A DNA stretch of 64,000 nt from positions 32,001 to 96,000 of the forward strand of contig JBCBJQ010000008.1 of the NCBI GenBank assembly GCA_038523235.1, read 5' to 3'. A program made the translations under genes and the position numbers. The notes under the pieces are model-generated. The model ran no database searches. It saw nothing but the letters and a program-made list of their open reading frames with translations, and was not told where the DNA came from. Source of the DNA: Cyanobacteria bacterium J06626_4 (lineage in GTDB: Bacteria; Cyanobacteriota; Cyanobacteriia; Phormidesmidales; Phormidesmidaceae). Of this stretch, positions 58,107-64,000 are shown in pieces; position 1 is the first letter of the stretch, and each line of letters starts with the position of its first letter.

Positions 58107-59399
58107 TCAAGGGTCGGGTAGCGTCGATTCCACGGTGCGCAGGGGGCGGTAGAGGTAGCCGCCGAGACCGATGAGAATCATGGCGATCGCCGCACCGGTA
58201 TAGAGCACCGCCATCCCTGCCCCGCGCCCCGTACCAAAAGTGGCCCCCAATAGCGGCGCGAGTCGTCCCCCTGGCATCATGGCCGGTTCAAAGACGCGAT
58301 CGGCCAGGGGGCCAGCAGCCAAACGCCCCAAAGGCGACATCAGTCCCTTGATCAGCAGACTGATGGAGAATACGCGGCCCTGTAGATCTGACGGCACCTT
58401 GTTCAGCCAGATGGCATTGCCAGAGCTGCCCATCAACGGAAAGTTGAACGCTAAGCCAAACTGCATGGGCAGCCACTGGGTCAAGCTGTGCCCGAGGCCA
58501 AACCCGAGGCGGCAGAAACCGGCCCCGATCATGCCCAGCAGCACGCCATGAATGCGGGGGCGGGGGCCGCCCCAAACCGTGATCAAGAGAGCGCCTGCCA
58601 CCCCGCCCACTCCCGCGATCGCATAGACCGCTGCGAGCACCGGCGCCGACCCGTTGCTGCGGGCCAAAATCATCGGCGCATGCAGGGCCGACGAGAGTTG
58701 AAAGGCTAGTTGAAACAGGGCGGCGGTGACCAAAATGCCCATCAAGCCAGGCCGCTGCCAGAGGTAGCGCCAGCCGAACGCGAGGTCTTGGCGCATGGTG
58801 AGCGGCGTCGCGGGTGGCGGTGGCTGGGGAATCGTGCTCCCAATCACGGTGGCGATCGCGATCGCAAAGGTGCCCAAATCGGCCAGCAGAATGCCAGTTA
58901 AACCGACGACGGGAAACAGAGTGCCTGCGATCGCAGGGCCAAAAATACTCGCGCCATACCCCGACAAAAAATTCAGACTCAACGCCCGACTATAGTGGCG
59001 TTCGGGCACCATGAGCGTCATGGAGGTGGTGTAGGCCAGCTGTTGCAGTTGCCCAAACATCCCGGTGATGGCTCCGGCACTGTATAGATGCCAAATTTGC
59101 AGCTGGCCGTTGACCTGCAGCGCCAAAATCACGAGGGTTGCCAGGGCGGCAACAGTGTCTCCCGCGATCATCAGCCGTTTGCGACTGCAGCGATCGACAA
59201 TCACCCCAGCCAAGGGCATGGTGAGCAGCTGGGGCAACTGGGTAAAAAAGCCTACTAGGGCCAGGGCGGTGGCCTGGTGGGTCAGGTCCCAAATCCACAG
59301 CGTCATGGCGAAATGGGTCATGCGGCCCCCCACATTAGAGCCCAGTTGCCCCAGCCAAATGGTCAGAAAGGTGCGCAGCGACGCGGGTATCGGGCTCAC
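58107..59399 (-). CDS. MFS transporter (DHA3-like)
   Basis: LRTFLTIWLGQ, LQGRVFS, GPLADRVFEPAM; start overlaps the upstream stop (GTGA). Confidence 0.9.
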   Translation of the reverse strand: MSPIPASLRTFLTIWLGQLGSNVGGRMTHFAMTLWIWDLTHQATALALVGFFTQLPQLLTMPLAGVIVDRCSRKRLMIAGDTVAALATLVILALQVNGQLQIWHLYSAGAITGMFGQLQQLAYTTSMTLMVPERHYSRALSLNFLSGYGASIFGPAIAGTLFPVVGLTGILLADLGTFAIAIATVIGSTIPQPPPPATPLTMRQDLAFGWRYLWQRPGLMGILVTAALFQLAFQLSSALHAPMILARSNGSAPVLAAVYAIAGVGGVAGALLITVWGGPRPRIHGVLLGMIGAGFCRLGFGLGHSLTQWLPMQFGLAFNFPLMGSSGNAIWLNKVPSDLQGRVFSISLLIKGLMSPLGRLAAGPLADRVFEPAMMPGGRLAPLLGATFGTGRGAGMAVLYTGAAIAMILIGLGGYLYRPLRTVESTLPDP

Positions 59400-60412
59400 G
59401 GCAGCGTCAACTCGCCCACCTGATCAATGACGTACTGTTCACCCTCAGGCACTAAGGTGCGGAACAGGTCATTCAGGATCATGTGGGCGTTGACAATGCC
59501 TGCATTGAGAAACCACACTTCCAGAGAAACTTCGTGGATCTGTCCCCGCTGCACCACATCGAGCTGTGACCAGAGGGGATTGTTTTGCACCTGGGTCAGC
59601 GTCGATTGCGCCGGGTTGTCTTGCATGAAAAACAGCACGTCGCCATCCATGGTGGAGAGCTTTTCTAGACTGATGTTTTCGTAGGCGCGGGGGCGCTGTT
59701 GCCGCTTGGGACGCGGCAATCCCACCTCGTTCAGGACAGCGCCCGAAAAGCTATTTTTTTGATAAACACGAAAGCGTTCAGGCAGAAATCGCGCCACCGA
59801 AACAACCGTCGTCTCGCGGCGATCGCCCAGTGCCTCCTGCAACTGCTCGACCCGCTGCTCATACTGCTGAATCAGCGCTTGCGCCTCAGCCGATTTGCCC
59901 AATGCCGTCGCAGCGGCCAACACGTATGTTTGCCAGGCCGCTGCTCCCTGCGAAAAATCCACCATGACGGTGGGCGCTATCTGGGACAGGCGTGGATAAA
60001 AACTGCCCGGTCCCTTGGTGCCTAAAAGCAAAATCAGGTCAGGCTGCAGCTCGATAATTCTCTCTAAACTGGGCTGCTTCACATGGCCCAAGACGGTGAT
60101 GCCTGCCGTGAGATCGCCCAGCAGGGGGGCTAACTCGGCGGCATTCGCGCGATTGGGAAACCCTGCGAACGCGGCCCCGACTGGCTCAATGCCCAGTGCT
60201 AGGGCATCCACCACGGAGCCCAAAATGACGACCCGCTCGGGCGATCGCGGCACCACCGTCGTGCCCCCCGCATGTTGAATGGTGCGACCCTCGGCGGGCG
60301 GAATCGGTTCGTAAGTGGGTACAGTTGGCCCGCTACAGGCGGCGAGGGCGATCGCTGCTGTGAAAGCTGCCAGCATCAGGGCCACAAGCTGGATGCAGAT
60401 TCGGCGCTGCAT
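59396..60412 (-). CDS. Iron-siderophore binding lipoprotein (paralog of 52119)
   Basis: Lipobox LAAC; shared C-terminus EVWFLN..AHM.LNDLFR.LVP.GEQYVI.QVGEL.LP. Confidence 0.9.
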   Translation of the reverse strand: MQRRICIQLVALMLAAFTAAIALAACSGPTVPTYEPIPPAEGRTIQHAGGTTVVPRSPERVVILGSVVDALALGIEPVGAAFAGFPNRANAAELAPLLGDLTAGITVLGHVKQPSLERIIELQPDLILLLGTKGPGSFYPRLSQIAPTVMVDFSQGAAAWQTYVLAAATALGKSAEAQALIQQYEQRVEQLQEALGDRRETTVVSVARFLPERFRVYQKNSFSGAVLNEVGLPRPKRQQRPRAYENISLEKLSTMDGDVLFFMQDNPAQSTLTQVQNNPLWSQLDVVQRGQIHEVSLEVWFLNAGIVNAHMILNDLFRTLVPEGEQYVIDQVGELTLP

Positions 60413-60425
60413 AATTCCCCTCCGC

Positions 60426-63173
60426 CTAAAACGAGATGGACACACTACCGACCACGGTGAAGGGGTCGCCGACCGTCGCGCCGCGCCGCGCTAAGCCGCC
60501 ATTCTCGAAATACCGGATGTCAAAGAGATTGCGCACATTCAGCCCCAGGCGCACATCATCGCGGCGGTAATAGATGGCGGCATCGGTGCGCAAATAGTCA
60601 TCGAGCTGGAAGGAATTGGCTTCGTCACCTTGCCGCTCGCCGACATAAAAGAGACCGACGCCAAATCCCAATCCGGCGAGATCACCCGACTGAATTTCGT
60701 ACGTGGTCCACAGACTGGCCGAGGTATCTGGCACATTCGGCGGGGTCGCACCATCGGGAAAATCAGGACTGTCGGCAATTTCGGCATCCAAGAGACTCAG
60801 CCCCGCGATCACGTTCCAGCCGGGTAAAATTTCGCCCGTCACGTTCAACTCCATCCCCTGACTGGTCTGCTCACCAATGGGCACCACAAAGTTCGCGTTC
60901 GTTGGGTCAGCCGCTGCTACGTTGGTTTGGCTGATGTCAAAGAACGACAGCGTCGCCGATAACCGCCCCTCCAACAAATTGGCTTTCACACCCACTTCAA
61001 ACTGTTCACTCTCCTCGGGGTCTAAAAAGTCGCCGTCAAGGGTGGTGCTGGTGAGGGTGTTGGGTTGAAAGGCGCGGCTATAGCTGGCATACAGGGCCAG
61101 TTCTTCAATCGGCTGATACACAATGCCCACCCGAGGCGAAAACGCCGTCTGCGATTGGTCGCCTTCGCTGGCCGGATTGTTGACTAAGCCCGGAATCACG
61201 ATGGCAGCCGAGGTGCTGCTTTGACTAAAAAAATCAACGCGACCGCCGAGCAATAGATTGAGTTCGGGCAGCAATTCGATCTGATCTTGCACGAGCAAGC
61301 CCACCCGACTGAGGCTGCTGGTGGAGTCACCCGTGGTAAAGGCCAGCGGTAAGTCGGGCACCGGGGCGCGCCCAATTCTGGGATTGAAGAGATTGACGGG
61401 TAAGGTCGGTTCGGTAGCGACAAAAATATCAGCGTCGGCAAAAAACAGATCGAGGCCCATCAACAGCGTGTGATTGATCGACCCGGTCGAAAACTCGCCG
61501 ATGAGTTCAGTCTGGGCTTCGTAACTTTGCAGGCTGCTCTCGTTGAAGACGATCGCGCGGGCAATGTCACCCGTCACTGGGTTGAGGCCGCCCAACAGTT
61601 CACTCAGCTCCGTGCGGCGATTGAGGAAGTTGACTTCCCCATAGCGAAACCGATTGCGCAACTGCCACTGATCGCTGAAGCGGTGCTCTAACCGGTAACC
61701 GACTCCGGTGTTTTGCACCCGCGCAAAGTCAGTGGGTTCGCCGGTAATGGTGTCGCGAGGCACATCGGGAATGCGGTCGCCCAACGGGGGAATGCCCCGA
61801 TCGAACGGGCGCTGGTCGTTGAGATATTGAAAATCGAGGGTCAGGTCGGTGCGATCGCCCAAATCAACCGCCACCACAGGGGCAAAAAACAGGCGATTTG
61901 TGTCGGTCTCAAAGTCCCGAAACCCCTCCGCCCGTTCGTAGACCGCATTCAGTCGATAACGCACCGTCCCCGCTGGGTTAATCGGGCCGGTCACATCCAA
62001 CGTGGGACGCACCAAGCCATCACTGCCAAACTGGGTGGTCAACTCGGCGGCGGGCGTCGCCAGTGGCTGCTTTGTGACCAGGTTAATCACGCCCCCCGGC
62101 TCGACATTGCCAAAGAGAATAGACGCGGGACCACGCAGGACTTCAATTTGCGCCAAATTAGCGGTTTCTCGAAAGCCGTTGGTCACCGTATCATCCAGTC
62201 GGAAACCATCTTGCAGGATGGCCGACCCCGTAAATCCCCGAATCACAAACTGCTCGCCGCTGCCCCCAAACGTGTTGCCCTGCACCACACCGGGAGCGTT
62301 TCGGAGGGCCTCGTTCAAGCGCACGACCTGCTGGTCTTCTAACACCGCCTCAGGAATCACCTGAATCGATTGGGGAATGTCGATGAGTGGGGTATCGGTG
62401 CGCGTCCCCGTTGTGGCATTGGGTTCGGCATAGTCGCGGTCCTCGGCCCCCGTCACCACGACTCGCAACGCGTCATCCGCGTCACCCACTGGAGCCATCC
62501 CTGGTAAGACACTCAGCGTCAGCCCCGTGGCAGTCGGCACAAACTCAGCGGTGGGGGCAGCATCGACCCCGGTAATGGCTACCTGCACGCGATTGTCTGG
62601 GAGGGCGGATACCTGCACCAGGGCGATCGCTGCAGTCGGTTCAAACGCCAAAAACTCATCGCCGTCCGGCAACGCCAGCACCGTGTTTTCCAGTTCGGCA
62701 ATCAGCGCATTGTTGGTGACCGTCGGCGTCGGTACGGGGAGTTCCCCCGCCGCTGTTTCGAGTATCACCTGCAGGCCCGTGTCGGTAGCTTCAAGCCGGA
62801 CATTCGTGATGGTGGTCAGGCCAGTCTCTGCTTGAGCTAACCCAGGCGCTCCAGTTTCGGGTTGCCCCAGCGGCAACGTGGGTGGGGACTCCCTGGCCAG
62901 GTGAACCGCCGCTGCTGGTTGGGGATGACCCGGTTCGGATTGAGGCGGTTCGGCTTGAGAGGCGTCAGCGGCGATCGCGGCAGATCCCTCTAAGTTATTA
63001 ACCAACGAGGCATCGCCAGGGGCCTCGGTAATCGGCTCGACCGGGCCCGATTGATCGGCCCATGGCACCGTATCAGGTAATGCCTGGGCCAATACCGTGC
63101 GGGCGATCGCCAGCTGCCCCCCCGCTAACATCAGCAAAATCAGTAAACGGGCCTCATCGCGTAATCGGTTCAT
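60426..63173 (-). CDS. TonB-dependent siderophore receptor with AMIN domain (paralog of 53135)
   Basis: TRTDTPLIDIPQSIQV, IEVLRGPASILFG, C-terminal SISF. Confidence 0.93.
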   Translation of the reverse strand: MNRLRDEARLLILLMLAGGQLAIARTVLAQALPDTVPWADQSGPVEPITEAPGDASLVNNLEGSAAIAADASQAEPPQSEPGHPQPAAAVHLARESPPTLPLGQPETGAPGLAQAETGLTTITNVRLEATDTGLQVILETAAGELPVPTPTVTNNALIAELENTVLALPDGDEFLAFEPTAAIALVQVSALPDNRVQVAITGVDAAPTAEFVPTATGLTLSVLPGMAPVGDADDALRVVVTGAEDRDYAEPNATTGTRTDTPLIDIPQSIQVIPEAVLEDQQVVRLNEALRNAPGVVQGNTFGGSGEQFVIRGFTGSAILQDGFRLDDTVTNGFRETANLAQIEVLRGPASILFGNVEPGGVINLVTKQPLATPAAELTTQFGSDGLVRPTLDVTGPINPAGTVRYRLNAVYERAEGFRDFETDTNRLFFAPVVAVDLGDRTDLTLDFQYLNDQRPFDRGIPPLGDRIPDVPRDTITGEPTDFARVQNTGVGYRLEHRFSDQWQLRNRFRYGEVNFLNRRTELSELLGGLNPVTGDIARAIVFNESSLQSYEAQTELIGEFSTGSINHTLLMGLDLFFADADIFVATEPTLPVNLFNPRIGRAPVPDLPLAFTTGDSTSSLSRVGLLVQDQIELLPELNLLLGGRVDFFSQSSTSAAIVIPGLVNNPASEGDQSQTAFSPRVGIVYQPIEELALYASYSRAFQPNTLTSTTLDGDFLDPEESEQFEVGVKANLLEGRLSATLSFFDISQTNVAAADPTNANFVVPIGEQTSQGMELNVTGEILPGWNVIAGLSLLDAEIADSPDFPDGATPPNVPDTSASLWTTYEIQSGDLAGLGFGVGLFYVGERQGDEANSFQLDDYLRTDAAIYYRRDDVRLGLNVRNLFDIRYFENGGLARRGATVGDPFTVVGSVSISF

Positions 63174-63246
63174 GGTCTTCCTCACTCCACCTAGCGGCTC
63201 GCTGGGTCTACCCGACGACCCTCACCGGGCGTTGGGGACTGAGCTT

Positions 63247-63333
63247 ATAGCCAATCATTCGCAATTAGCTTATGGAGGTGAGCGATCGCTGCCTAGAGGT
63301 TTTGCGCCCCAAATGCAATTCTTTGGCTCAGGC
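63247..63333 (-). promoter_or_regulatory. Receptor promoter: Fur-like box plus conserved operator
   Basis: ATAGCCAATCATTCGCAAT at 63247; CTAGAGGTTTTGCGCCCCAAATGCAATTCTTTGGCTCAG at 63293. Confidence 0.55.
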
Positions 63334-63373
63334 GTGGCTAACGAGCCTCACGTGATGTTGAGGTGGAGGCCTG

Positions 63374-64000
63374 TCAGGGTTGCCACGCTTGCATTTGAAA
63401 GGCTTTAGGATTTAAGCCGTTCTTTTGACGAAAGGCGGTGGCAAAACGGCTGCGACTGGTGTATCCCACCGCTGCGGCCACTTCGGCCACCGACAGCTCG
63501 GAAACCATTAACAGCCGTCGGGCTTGGAGCAATCGGCAGTGCCGCAAATAGCCAAAGGGCGTGGTGCCGTATAGAGTGTGGAACCCCTGAGTGAGGGTGA
63601 GGCGATTCGTGCCCACTTGCCGGGCCAATGCTTCTAGCGAGGGGGGCTGGGTGAGCTGAGTGCGCAGCAGGGTCGCCGCTTGAGTGAGGCACTGCATCTC
63701 CGCCTCGTTAAAGGGGGGCTGCAAGAGGGCATTGAGGCGCAGATCGACCAGTTTCAGCGCTTTTTGAGTGAGATAGTGACGGCGGGTCGCCCCTTGATAC
63801 GAGCAACTGAGAATTTGCTCTAAGAGCTGTCTCATTGCCGGGGTCAGGGGACTGCGGGTGGCGTAGCCGAGCACCGCTGACTCGTTGTAGAGGGCATCGG
63901 TCAAAATCTGTTCCAGGCTAGGCGGCGGTGCCAAGGTCGTGGGCATGGCTGGTGGGCTGGATGTCGGAGTCGCAAAAACGCGCTGGATCATCCCCGCTGT
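63374..64000 (-). CDS. AraC family regulator (3' part; paralog of 56016; start beyond window)
   Basis: LARQVGTNRLTLTQGFHTLYGTTPFG, VGYTSRSRFATAF. Confidence 0.88.
   Translation of the reverse strand, partial: TAGMIQRVFATPTSSPPAMPTTLAPPPSLEQILTDALYNESAVLGYATRSPLTPAMRQLLEQILSCSYQGATRRHYLTQKALKLVDLRLNALLQPPFNEAEMQCLTQAATLLRTQLTQPPSLEALARQVGTNRLTLTQGFHTLYGTTPFGYLRHCRLLQARRLLMVSELSVAEVAAAVGYTSRSRFATAFRQKNGLNPKAFQMQAWQP

Larger units (their letters stand above)
1..64000. repeat. HIP1 octamer GCGATCGC dispersed throughout
   Basis: Many copies (e.g. 1983, 6733, 10298, 32719, 63282); an established cyanobacterial signature. Confidence 0.9.

Noticed and set aside
61713..62835. Long plus-strand ORFs opposite the receptors (also 18801, 23873, 31927, 55245) that resemble each other
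   Set aside because: Antisense shadows of paralogous receptor genes; the similarity is inherited from the sense strand.
12297..64000. Siderophore biosynthesis genes or cobalamin riboswitches
   Set aside because: No NRPS/NIS synthetase ORFs; receptor leaders are short, Fur-boxed and show no recognisable B12-box.

Overview
A cyanobacterial window (frequent HIP1 GCGATCGC, moderately GC-rich, Leptolyngbya/Nodosilinea-like by inference) made of two islands joined by a decayed IS1 fragment. Positions 1-12 kb hold a divergent sulfide/low-oxygen island: sqr, a Tll0287-like heme c protein, ho2-hemN, an extra petC, two rhodaneses, a YeeE/YedE pair, DUF302, DUF2892, a USP and an SBF/Acr3-like transporter. 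Three promoter sites in this island share the palindrome ATTACTA-N2-TAGTAAT. Positions 12.3-64 kb hold an almost entirely minus-strand array of iron-siderophore uptake modules (PchR-like AraC, then AMIN-domain TonB-dependent receptor, then periplasmic binding lipoprotein). It contains 7 intact receptors, 8 AraC genes (one cut by the window edge), 8 binding proteins, 3 MFS transporters, a heterodimeric exporter-fold ABC pair and several collapsed or chimeric modules. Most modules carry their own 21-23 bp-period direct-repeat operator plus a Fur-like box. Operator sequences track the AraC recognition helices and recur upstream of an MFS gene and the ABC pair. The window also contains 24-27 nt double-hairpin insertions at T^CG sites (two in frame inside a Uma2 gene), MITE/REP elements, and an Rpn gene with an internal ribosome-binding site. 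All assignments come from reading motifs by eye; no searches were run.
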